Positions 50,062 through 61,518 of a stretch of 64,000 nt of DNA are shown in pieces. This DNA comes from Leucoraja erinacea (taxonomy: Eukaryota), in assembly GCF_028641065.1 (NCBI RefSeq), contig NC_073407.1, positions 124,001-188,000 of the forward strand. The letters run 5' to 3'. Under the pieces are notes generated by a model, which searched no databases, was not told the DNA's origin, and saw only the letters and a list, made by a program, of their open reading frames with translations. Position numbers and translations under genes: made by a program. Each line of letters starts with the position of its first letter. The first letter of the stretch is position 1.

Positions 50062-50280
50062 GTAGGAAAGAACTATAGATGCTGGTTTAAACCGGTAGAC
50101 ACAAAATGCTGGAGTAACTCAGCGGGTCAGGCAGCATCTCTTGAGAGAAGGGTTGGGTGACGTTTCGGGTCGAGATTCTTCTTCAGAGTCCGAAGAATGG
50201 TCTCGACCCGACACGTCACCCATTCCTTCTCTCCAGGGATGCTGCCTGACCCGCTGAGTTACTCCAGCATGTTGTGTCTA
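50062..50280. mobile_element. Palindromic PLE-tail element (185-nt hairpin at 50096-50280)
   Basis: Two head-to-head copies of the PLE terminal segment. Confidence 0.85.
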
Positions 50281-51375
50281 GTAGCAACAGAGACTCTCAG
50301 TCATCCGCTTATAGTGAATTTTGGAGAAACTCGTGAGTCTGTTTTGTTTCAGAAAATGTTGTTAATTCTATAAACCTCCTGTTCCAGATAATATAATTCA
50401 TTAACTGGGATGGTACCCCAATTGGAGTTTGTTCAAGTATGCAATATTATGAAAGCACTCTTTATAGAAGGCGACCACAGCTCAACAGAGGAACTCACTG
50501 AATGCAAAACATCGGATCCCAGTAATTTGCTGTTATTCCACCCGGAAAACGGGTGCTTATTCCGGATATGGGATGAAAGAATACTGTGTGTGAGAAAATG
50601 AGCTTTACAGCTTAATGTATGGGCATCACCTTCTCTAATATGAAATATGGAGAACGAATGGCCTACAGATGAAATCTCCTCTTTACAATGTATGTGATTA
50701 CTGGGTAAAATATTTCAGTAGCTCTTCCGGTGACTACATAGACCCATATGCTTAAGTAGAGGTTTTCGTTAGACATATTGAACGTTTTGTACAGCTTCAT
50801 GTTTGTTTGTGTGCGCCCGCGTGTGTGTGTCCGCGCGTGTGTTTCTGTGCGCGGCTGCGAGCCTCCGCGTATGATTTCACATGATCTGCGTGTTTTGTTG
50901 GAATACATCAGTTTTAACGTCAATCAGCAATAGTGAATGAAAAAATAACGTTCTGATCCAATATAGCTGTTAATATGGTACACAAAAAAGCTGGAGAAAC
51001 TCAGCGGGTGCAGTTAATATGTTAATATGCATTGTCACAGGGATTTTGGTCCAAAAGTCCACTGGTATAAAAGAGAGCGCGTGGATGTGTTTCCGTTATA
51101 GGAATGTGAGTTTTCAGTGCAAATATGTGTATCGATGTAACCGTTCCTAACATGTTTGCATTTCAACGAACCATTGAACAATGATATTATTGGGTGGATT
51201 TCGTGTTTCAGTAGTTGTTTTAAAAGACATTTGGACAGATACATGGATAGAACATGTTTGGCAGGATATGGCCAAACGCTGGCAGGTGGGATTGTGAGGT
51301 GTGGTGCATGATGGTTGCGAACAGATTCCACTGTGTATGATTATGTACTCTGAGACTATTTACGACGTGCTGAAG

Positions 51376-54300
51376 TTGGTAAAGAAAGCTTTTGGTATGC
51401 TAGCCTTTATAAATCAGAGCATTGAGTATAGAAGCTGGGATGTAATGTTAAAATTGTACAAGGCATTGGTGAGACCAAATCTGGAGTATGGTGTACAATT
51501 TTGGTCGCCCAATTATAGGAAGGATGTCAACAAAATAGAGAGAGTACAGAGGAGATTTACTAGAATGTTGCCTGGGTTTCAACAACTAAGTTACAGAGAT
51601 AGGTTGAATAAGTTAGGTCTTTATTCTCTGGAGCGCAGAAGGTTAAGGGGGGACCTGATATAGGTCTTTAAAATGATGAGAGGGATAGACAGAGTTGATG
51701 TGGACAACCTTTTCCCTTTGAGAATAGGGAAGATTCAAACAAGAGGACATGACTTCAGAATTAAGGGACATAAGTTTAGGGGTAATATGAGGGGGAACTT
51801 CTTTACGCAGAGAGTGGTAGCGGTGTGGAATGAGCTCCCAGTGGAAGTGGTGGAGGCATGTTCATTGGTATCATTTAAAAATAAATTGGATAGGCATATG
51901 GATGAGAAGGGAATGGAGGGTTATGGTATGAGTGCAGGCAGGTGGGACTAAGGGGAAAAAAAATTTGTTCGGCATGGACTTGTAGGGCCGAGATGGCCTG
52001 TTTCCGTGCTGTAATTGTTATATGGTTATATGGTTATATGGTTTCGTGGACAGTATGCTTGTACACATCTGGGGGTGAGCAGGAAACGCATATGACTTTG
52101 ACTAATTCTCGGACCGGCTTGCCATTAAACATCGTGCCAGACCTGATATCTGGCTCTATGTTTGCACAAGACGCAAATATCGGTCATCCCCTCAATCGCC
52201 TGCACACTCAAGTTTGGTGACTATTTAATAACTGGACTCAACAGCTTTCTCGACCCAGACCGAAATGTGCCACGTTCATCGGAGCAATTTATCACGGCGA
52301 AATTTTATCCTTGTTCTCTATGTTCCACTTATTTGTACTTGTGGCTTTCACATCATTGATGTAAGATGTTTCTGCTCTCCCGCCCTGAATACACCGATCG
52401 AGCAAATCAAAGGAGTGATTAAATGCTCATTCTTGCCATAGAGGGAGTACAGAGAAGGTTCGCCAGACTGATTCCCGGGATGTCAAGCTTTCATATGAAG
52501 AAAGACTGGATAGACTCAGTTTGTACTCGCTAGAATTTAGAAAATTGAGGGGGGAATCTTATAGAAACTTACACAATTCTTAAGGGGTTGGACAGGCTAG
52601 ATGCAGGAAGACTGTTCCCAATGTTGGGGAATTCCAGAACAAGGGGTCACAGCTTAAGGATAAGGGGGAAGTATTTTAGGACCGAGATGAGAAAAACACT
52701 TTTCACACAGAGAGTGGTGAATCTGTGGAATTATCTGCCACAGAAGGTAGTTGAGGCCAGTTCATTGGCTATATTTAAGAGGGAGTTAGATGTGGCCCTT
52801 GTGGCTAAAGGGATCAGGGGGTATGGAGAGAAGGCAGGTACAGGATACTGAGTTGGATGATCACCCATGATCATATTGAATGGCGGTGCAGGTTCGAAGG
52901 GGCGAATGGCCTACTCCTGCACCTATATGGTGGCCGATTGGGAAAGGGGGAGATGCAGCGAGACCTGGGTGTCATGGTACACCAGTCATTGAAGGTAGGC
53001 ATGCAGGTGCAGCAGGCAGTAAAGAAAGCGAATGGTATGTTAGCTTTCATTGCAAAAGGATTTGAGTATAGGAGCAGAGAGGTTCTACTGCAGTTGTACA
53101 TGGTCTTGGTGAGACCACACCTGGAGTATTGCGTACAGTTTTGGGTCTCCAAATCTGAGGAAGGACATTATTGCCATAGAGGGATGTGCAGAGACGGTTC
53201 ACCAGACTGATTCCTCGTTGTGTCAGGACTGTCTTATGAAGAAAGATCTTGATAGACTTTTTTTATACTCTCTAGAATTTAGAAGATTGAGAGGGGATCT
53301 TATAGAAACTTACAAAATTCTTAAGGGGTTGGACAGGCTAGATGTAGGAAGATTGTTCCCGATGTTTGGGAAGTCCAGGACAAGGGGTCACAGCTTAAGG
53401 ATAAAGGGGAAATCCTTTAAAACCGAGATGAGAAGAACTTTTTTTTCACGCAGAGAGTGGTGAATCTCTGGAACTCTCTGCCACAGAGGGTAGTTGAGGC
53501 CAGTTCATTGGCTATATTTAAGAGGGAGTTAGATGTGGCCCTTGTGGCTAAGGGGATCAGGGGGTATGGAGAGAAGGCAGGTACGGGATACTGAGTTGGA
53601 TGATCAGCCATGATCATATTGAATGGCGGTGCAGGCTCGAAGGGCCGAATGGCCTACTCCTGCACCTAATTTCTATGTTTCTATGTTTCTATTTTCTCTG
53701 TTTCTATGTTTCTATAATTAATAAATGGCAGTTCCTCTCACGTCCCTTGTCTTTCTCTGCGGGTGTGTGTGTGTTTGTGTTCATGAGTTCTCGTGTAATT
53801 GTGTTAATATATGATCTGTATATGTCACTGTGTACATACTGAGGTGATGTGTAACTGTACCTATGCCTATTTACTACCTAAGCATGTAGCGCCACGTGTC
53901 GTATTGTTCCTATTTATAAATGCTTGGTTCAGGATCTGGTGTAGCTTTCCAAGGCGCCACAAGCCTCAATAACCGGTTGTGATTTTGATGTCGCTCATTA
54001 TAATCTGTGATGCTTCATGTGATATTTCAGATGTGTGTTCATAAAATAAGACACTACATTTGCATTTCAATCGACGTGTGAAAAAATAAATGTGTGTAGA
54101 AATCTGTGTGACAGTCACTCGGCAAATTGCACGTTCCTCTCATGCGGGCGGAGAAGGATGAGTTGCTATTTTTTCTGTGAGCCGCCGTCCCTACAATGTA
54201 TGTCAATGATTTTGATGTTGGGATTGAAGGCCTTGTGCCCAAATTTGCCGATGATTCGATAAGAGGAGGGACAGGTAGTATATGGAAACCAGGAACTCTG

Positions 54301-55145
54301 CACAAGGACAAGGACGGTTTGGGATATTGAGTAGAGAAGTGGCAGATGGAATACAAGTAGCAATGTGCCGAGTCATGCACTTTGAAAGTAGGAATAAAGT
54401 CGTAGACTATTTTCTAAATGGGGAGAGAATTCAAAAATCGAAAGTGCAAAGGAACTTGGGAGTGCTGGTGCAGGATTTGCAAAACGTTAATTTGCAAGTG
54501 GAATTTGCAAGGAAGACGAAAGGATTGCTAGCATTTATTCCGTGAAGATTAGAATACAAAAAAAAACAGAGAAGTAATACGTAGGTTTTAAAAGGCGCTG
54601 GTCAGACCGCATTTAGAGCATTGTGAGCAATTGTGCGGCCCATATCTGCGGAAAGATACGATCACGCTGCAGAGGGTCCAGAGAAGCTTTACGAGAATAA
54701 TCCCAGGAATTACTGATTTAACAAATTATGATCATTTCACGGCATTGGACCTTTACTCGCTAGAGTTTAGAAGATTGAGGGTGGACTTTATTGAAAATGA
54801 CCGAAAATGAAAGGCCTGGATAGAGTGGAAGTTGAGAGGATATTTCTACTGCTGGGAGAATCTAGGACCAGAGGCCATAGCCTCAGAATAAAAGGACTTT
54901 CGTTTAAGAAGGCGACGAGGAGGAATTTTATTTAGTCAGGGGGTTGTAAATCTATGGTTTTAATTGCAATAGTGGGCCGTGCAGGCGAAGTCAATGGATA
55001 TTTTGAAGGCCGAGATAGATATTAATTAGTAATGAGTGTCAGGGATTATGGAGAGAAGGCAGGATAATGGGATTGAGAGGGAAAGATGGATCAGCCATGA
55101 TGGTGGAGTAGACTAGGTGGACCCATGTCCTAATGCTGTTTCTAT
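51376..55145 (+). mobile_element. CR1 fragments in the CH4-TM1 intron (51376-52043, 52428-53712, old copy 54190-55145)
   Basis: RT C-terminal motifs and tails; all antisense to IgM. Confidence 0.88.
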
Positions 55146-55230
55146 AACCTATGAACGTACCGTATGAACATAAACAATGCCTTGCGTCTGCGATCCTGTC
55201 TCGGGTGTAAGTAGATTGGGAGGGGAGGAG

Positions 55231-55261
<31 letters not shown>

Positions 55262-55506
55262 GAAACGGAAACCAACAGATTTCCATCGCCCAGCAAGAGC
55301 AACAATGACGGTGTGTCCCAGATACCTGTATTAATGCAGCTGTAAATTATTTCCATACCCCTCATGCTGCTCGGCAGTGTGCATTGGTTTTACGTACATT
55401 TTAGCCGATATTGTCACCTATCTACGTTAATATATCTGTTCGTCGTTTTGGAAATATAATTAAATGGGCAATCATGGGTTCAACTCAGGATTGGGAGACA
55501 AAGGCA

Positions 55507-55522
55507 TTTATTCGTATTTATT
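55507..55522 (-). terminator. Tandem AATAAA poly(A) signals of secretory mu mRNA
   Basis: tttatt on + at 55507-55512 and 55517-55522, about 25-40 nt after the secretory stop codon. Confidence 0.85.
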
Positions 55523-55547
55523 TGAGTGAAATGCAGCCTCTTCATTC

Positions 55548-55939
55548 TCATTGACATGAATTGACAGTATCCATCAATAGAAGTGAAACATTCACAAAAC
55601 TGGGTTTACCACTGGACTTATTGACCGTTCTAACGATGGTCTTCATGGGTAGTGTTTCGTGTCCCACCACACAGGAGAACGAGGCTCCGCTCGCCCATTG
55701 CTCTGCCCCAATGGACAACAGGCTGTACATGAAGAAGGAGTTGTCGCCGTTCTCCGCCACCACCTCGGTGTTCCTGTAGTTGCTCGAATGCACCCGCTGG
55801 TTATCGACTGTCCATGTGACGAAGATCCTGCGAGGGGAGAATCCTCTCACAAAGCAGGTGAGGGCGATGGTCTTGTGATCGGAGACTTCTTCTGCCGGCG
55901 GCAGGAGAACCGAGACGGACGGTTCCCGGGGATGTGGAT
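55548..55939 (-). CDS. IGHM: Ig mu CH4 exon plus secretory tailpiece
   Basis: [14 protein letters not shown]...[10 protein letters not shown]...FFMYSLL...FSCVVGHE...NKSS then [20 protein letters not shown]-stop. The tail has the N-x-S sequon and penultimate Cys of elasmobranch secretory IgM. Acceptor ttgttccatag. Confidence 0.97.
55604..55612 (-). other. IGHM: Internal CH4 splice donor for the membrane form (G|GTAAAC; exon ends at 55610)
   Basis: Donor lies in the Gly-Lys codons at the CH4/tail junction, the canonical position. Phase 1 matches TM1. Confidence 0.85.
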
Positions 55940-56449
55940 CTATGGAACAAATCAAATGGCGTTTATTACACTTGAACATTAAAGCGATTTAAAGCTAGCA
56001 GGCATTTGATGGTTCTTTTCTGAATTTTAGTGAGTTTCAGAAGCGGTATTGATTCTGCTTCACCACAACCTCATTTGCAAGGCCTACCCATATCCCTGCT
56101 AATTGCCACACCTTGCAGTTTTTGAAAACGCTGCCCTCATCCACTATGCAATTGTGTGCTATTGACTGGAGCTCGGTCACAACATACCGACACAGGAAGC
56201 CTAGCCCGATATAATTGCCGATATTTCCATTGACCTGAACGCACTTCATATTTTCCGCAAATTATTTTCACTTTCTCTCTTTTCCAGTTAAGACCAAAGA
56301 TTTAATGAATTGTTAGCACTGCTTCTTTTTACATAGATATGTGTTCGTGGGCTCAGTGATCACACTCATTGATTTTTTCTCCAACCCAGAAGAAAAGTGC
56401 AACCGTCTCTTCCGGCCCACAGGACTCCTCTGCAGCTACCCCGGCTCAC

Positions 56450-56752
56450 CTGCCATCTTGTAGATTGATTTCGTTTTTGGAGTCGCCATATCATCATGGC
56501 TCACTACGCAATCAAACTCATCCCCACTCATCCAGTCACGCGTCGAGATGTTCGCTTTGCTCTCTACAACTTCTGCGTTTTCTGTGGACAGGATCTCTGA
56601 ATCCAAAGGCGTCTTTCCTCGACTCCAAGACACTTTGATCCCAACAGGTGCATTGGAGACTATGCAGGTTAAAGTCACGGTCATCTCCATTAACTCCTGC
56701 TGCACAGTTGGTGGGTGGATTGCAATCTTTACTTTGCGGCAGGAATCATCAT
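56450..56752 (-). CDS. IGHM: Ig mu heavy chain CH3 exon
   Basis: DDDSC...HPP...TVTLTCIVSNAP...VSW...NISTRDWMSGDEFDCVVSH. Acceptor tgccacag, donor gtgagc, 303 bp, phase 1. Confidence 0.95.
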
Positions 56753-57008
56753 CTGTGGCACAAAAATGATGTAAACACAAGGATTGCCTGGAGAAACCGG
56801 AATTTATGTTTGACACATTTCCTCCGAAGAGGGCAGGATCCCTTCTAGGCTTTGGGTCTATGAACTATGGTCCTAAATCGTCTTGAAATGAACTCTGAGC
56901 AGAGAACAACGTAAGAAATTGAATGAGAGTGTGCGTCATGGGCTGTCCCAATGTTCAATGAAGGGAAGTATTTACACTGATATCCGATACCATGGATGTG
57001 TTTCTTAC

Positions 57009-57320
57009 CTGGAGACCTGCTGATGTTTTGGCTCAGCCGATCCTCCCCTTGGTCGACCTGGCAGGTATAGATAGCACCTCCGAACCATTCTGAAGTTGGG
57101 AATGTCAACTGGCTGGTCGCTGAGAAGGTGCTGTTCAGCTTGAAGGCGGGAGAGGTGACGATGCCAGAATCCAGAGGCTCACCATTCTTCAGCCAGGTAA
57201 CGGAAAATGTCTGTGGGCCGATGTCGGTGAGCGAACACAAGGCAGTCGCTTTCGTGCTGCGTTTTAGTTCATCGTGTTCAGTCAGAGTAATGGCGATGAC
57301 TGGATGATGCACCATTTGAT
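57009..57320 (-). CDS. IGHM: Ig mu heavy chain CH2 exon
   Basis: DQMVHHP...ATALCSL...VTWLKNG...FSATSQLT...EWF...YTCQV. Acceptor tttcttcaag, donor gtaaga, 312 bp, phase 1. Confidence 0.95.
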
Positions 57321-57864
57321 CTTGAAGAAAATAAACTTCAATTAATAAACTTCAAAGTTCCAAACTACTACCCTTAATAATTAAAACAACTTGTAACATA
57401 GAAGACACTTCTCCTGAATAAATAGTCTCCCACACAGAATTATCAAGGCGTTGTTAAATCATAGGTTTCTCAAGGTGCATAACATACTGCTACGAAGTGG
57501 GAATATTATAGATAGGTACGTCATAGTTTGCCGTGACGATTTTCGGAACATGATTCCAACAGTCCACATTTAGCTCATAAGATGATTATTTCAGTGGCTC
57601 CCCTGTTAACGAGCTAAGCTTCTCCCAATTTACCACGGACGTGCTCCCGTGGTACATCACTGATGATCGCTCTTTTGAAGCTCACTCGGGTAAATTAATG
57701 GCTGTATAACCTTTAAACGATGAAAAGTCGCGCAGATTGAGGTACCGCGTCTCCTTCCTTCCCAACAGCACAGGCGGTGGATCGACTTTAAACATCGCCA
57801 CCATCCCACTGCCCTGTGGAAAAGAGTTGCTGTCCATGTTCTGACCTATTTTCTATGTTTCTAT

Positions 57865-59510
57865 ACTAGATGCAGAAAAAATGTTCCCAGTGTTGGGCGA
57901 GTCCAGAACCAGGGCCCACAGTCTTCGAATAAAGGGGAAGCCATTTAACCATATTACAGCACGGAAACAGGCCATCTCGGCCCTACAAGTCCGTGCCGAA
58001 CAAATTTATTTTCCCCTTAGTCCCACCTGCCTGCACTCATACCATAACCCTCCATTCCCTTCTCATCCATATGCCTATCCAATTTATTTTTAAATGATAC
58101 CAATGAACCTGCCTCCACCACTTCCACTGGAAGCTCATTCCACACCGCTACCTCTCTCTGAGTAAAGAAGTCCCCCCTCATATTACCCCTAAACTTCTGT
58201 CCCTTAATTCTGAAGTCATGTCCTCTTGTTTGAATCTTCCCTATTCTCAAAGGGAAAAGCTTGTCCACATCAACTCTGTCTATCCCTCTCATCATTTTAA
58301 AGACCTCTATCAAGTCCCCCCTTAACCTTCTGCGCTCCAGAGAATAAAGACCTAACTTATTCAACCTATCTCTGTAACTTAGTTGTTGAAACCCAGGCAA
58401 CATTCTAGTAAATCTCCTCTGTAATCTCTCTATTTTGTTGACATCCTTCCTATAATTGGGCGACCAAAATTGTACACCATACTCCAGATTTGGTCTCACC
58501 AATGCCTTGTACAATTTTAACATTACATCCCAGCTTCTATACTCAATGCTCTGATTTATAAAGGCTAGCATAACAAAAGCTTTCTTTACCACCCTATCTA
58601 TATGAGATTCCACCTTCAAGGAATTATGCACGGTTATACCCAGATCCCTCTGTTCAACTGTATTCTTCAATTCCCTACCATTTACCATGTACGTCCTATT
58701 TTGATTTGTCCTGCCAAGGTGTAGCACCTCACATTTATCAGCATTAAATTCCATCTGCCATCTTTCAGCCCATTTTTCCAAATGGCCTAAATCACTCTGT
58801 AGACTTTGGAAATCCTCTTCATTATCCACAACACCCCCTATCTTGGTATCATCTGCATACTTACTAATCCAATTTACCACACCTTCATCCAGATCATTGA
58901 TGTACATGACAAACAACAAAGGACCCAACACAGATCCCTGAGGCACCCACTAGTCACCTGCCTCCAACCCGATAAACAGCCATCCACTATTACCCTCTGG
59001 CTTCTCCCATTCAGCCACTGTTGAATCCATCTTGCTATTCCTGCATTTATACCCAACAGTTGAACCTTCTTAACCAACCTTCCATGAAGAACCTTGTCAA
59101 AGGCCTTACTAAAGTCCATATAGACAACATCCACTGCTTTAGCCTCGTCAATTTCCCTAGTAACCTCTTCAAAAAATTCAAGAAGATTAGTCAAACATGA
59201 CCTTCCAGGCTCAAATCCATGTTGACATTTAAGACTGAGGTGAGAGAAACACATTTTCACCCAGAGAGTTGTGAATTTGTGGAATTCCCTGCCACAGAGG
59301 GCAGTGGAGGCCAAAAGTCACTGGATAGATTTAAGGGAGAGTTAGATAGAGCTCTAGGGGCTAGTGGAGTCAAGGGATATGGGGAGAAGGCAGGCACGGG
59401 TTATTGATTGGGGATGATCAGACATGATCACAACGAATGGCGGTGCTGGCTCGAAGGGCCGAATGGCCTCCTCCTCTTCCTGCACCTATTTTCTATGTTT
59501 CTATGTTTCT
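57865..59510. mobile_element. Plus-strand CR1 with a nested young minus-strand CR1 (57949-59225) in the CH1-CH2 intron
   Basis: 309-aa open RT fragment; TSD catttaa at 57942-57948 and 59226-59232. Confidence 0.92.
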
Positions 59511-59773
59511 CCTGAGACTTTTACGGTTTTATAGTTACGTTGGGAACGAAAGTGTACACAGTGGTCCAGAGCTCCCGTACTTTCATATTTATCTAATGGC
59601 CTGAATTCCCTTTGCTTCATTCAGTGTTATACGGAAACTTAATGTCAATATGGCAAGGAGAACACAACAGCAAATCAACAACGTATACGTGGAATTTGAA
59701 CATATCTTCACCAATTGTTAAACCTCGTACTCGGAACTATACACTTCAAACCGGGACATATCCTAACACGTAC

Positions 59774-60070
59774 CTGGCATTTTTACGTTATTCACTTTAC
59801 CGCCATGCTGAACCACACAGTAGATTGTGCGCTTTTCCGCGTCTGCCTTGGCGATGGTCAATTGGCTGCTCCTCGTGTATGTTCCACTCTTGTTTTTTAA
59901 TGCCTGATACGTCTTCACTCCTGTGGTAATCGGCTCATTATCTTTTTTCCAGGAGAGCGTGGTGCCCATCGGGGTGTAGTCCATTGCCAAACAGCCGAAG
60001 GTGAATGAGTCCATGGAGCTGGGATCCACACAAGTGCGAAGAGGATAGAGGTTGGGGGCAGAAGGATCCG
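59774..60070 (-). CDS. IGHM: Ig mu heavy chain CH1 exon
   Basis: Translates ADPSAPNLYPLRTC...FGCLAMDY...SWKKDNEPITTG...SSQLTI...IYCVVQH, a C1-set domain with B/F-strand Cys, C-strand Trp and an N-terminal light-chain Cys. Acceptor tttctttcag, donor gtacgt, 297 bp, phase 1. Confidence 0.95.
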
Positions 60071-60165
60071 CTGAAAGAAAACAATTCAGTGAATAAATTA
60101 ACTCTTCATTGTTTCCTTGCCTCATATTCAACTAAAACAATGGATCAATATATAGCAAAATAGTT

Positions 60166-61389
60166 CCATCCGGCACTCCAATACACCTGGACCATTTCTG
60201 ACCCTTCCCTACCATTCCTTGACCTCACCATCTCCATCGCAGGGGACAGACTTCTGACCGACATACACTACAAACCAACTGACTCACATGGCTATCTGGT
60301 CTACATGTCTTCCCACCCTGCCCCCTGCAAAGACTCCATCCCCTACTCCCAATTCCTCCGCCTACGCCGCATCTGTCCCCAGGATGAGACATTCCATACC
60401 AGGGCATCGGAAATGTCCTCGTTCTTCAGGGAACGGGGATTCCCCTCCGCCACCATAGATGAGGCTCGCACCAGGGCCTCATCCATACCCCGCAACACTG
60501 CTCTCTCCCCCCATCCCCGCACTCGCAACAAGGGCAGAGTCCTCCTGGTCCTCACCTTTCACCCCACCAGCCGGCAAATACAACACATAATCCTCCGCCA
60601 TTTCCGCCACCTCCAACGTGAACACACCACTTGCCACATCTTCCCATATCCCCCTATGTCCGCCTTCAGCAAAGACCGCTCCCTCCGCAACTCCCTTGTC
60701 AATTCTTCCCTTCCCTCCCGTACCAACACCTCCCCGGGTACTTTCCGTTGCAACCGCAAGAAATGCAACACCTGTCCCTTCATCTCCCCCCTCGACTCCA
60801 TTCAAGGACCTAAGCAGTCGTTCCAGGTGCGACAAAGGTTCACCAGTATCTCCTCCAACCTCATCTACTGCATCCGCTGCTCTAGATGTCAGCTGATTTA
60901 TATCGGGGAGACAAAGCGGAGGTTGGGCGATCGTTTCACCGAACACCTCCGCTCAGTCCGCAATAACCTACCTGAACTCCCGGTGGCTCAGCACTTCAAC
61001 TCCCCCTCCCATTCCCAATCCGACCTCTCTGTCCTGGGTCTCCTTCATTGCCAGAGTGAGCAACACCGGAAATTGGAGGAACAGCACTTCATATTCCGCC
61101 TGGGTTGCTTGCATCCGGATGGCATGAACGTTAAATTCTCCCAATTTTGCTAACTGTCTCCTCCCTTTCCTTAACCCTCGAGCTGTCTCCTCTCATCCCC
61201 CCCGCCCTCGGGCTCCTCCTCCTCCCTTTTTCCTTCCTTCTCCCTCCCACCCCCTATCAGTCTGAAGAAGGGTTTCGGCCCGAAACGTCGCCTATTTCCT
61301 TCACTTCATAGATGCTGCTGCACCCGCTGAGTTTCTCCAGCACTTCTGTGTACCTTCGATCTTCCAGCATCTGCAGTTCCTTCTTGAAC
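60166..61389 (+). mobile_element. 5'-truncated Penelope-like element with intact GIY-YIG C-terminus
   Basis: SIPYSQFLRLRRIC...LIYCIRC...YIGETKRRLGDRFTEH; 16-bp TSD atatagc(a/g)aaatagtt at 60150-60165 and 61390-61405. Confidence 0.93.
61262..61289 (+). ncRNA. Minimal type I hammerhead-like motif in PLE tail
   Basis: CUGAAGA-A-GGGU(UUCG)GCCC-GAAAC-GUC with palindromic ACGU stem III; stem I is weak. Confidence 0.55.
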
Positions 61390-61518
61390 ATATAGCGAAA
61401 TAGTTTATCGGTTCATGAAACCGTCCATGAGTCCATGTCAGCACAACATTCCGTCTTGCTCAATTTACAGCGAAATTGTTTCCGCAATGTACAATTCCAC
61501 ATAAGTGTAAGGGGTAAC

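Noticed and set aside
55548-60070. IgW or IgNAR identity
   Set aside because: Four C domains, a CH1 with light-chain Cys, and the [18 protein letters not shown] tail fit IgM.
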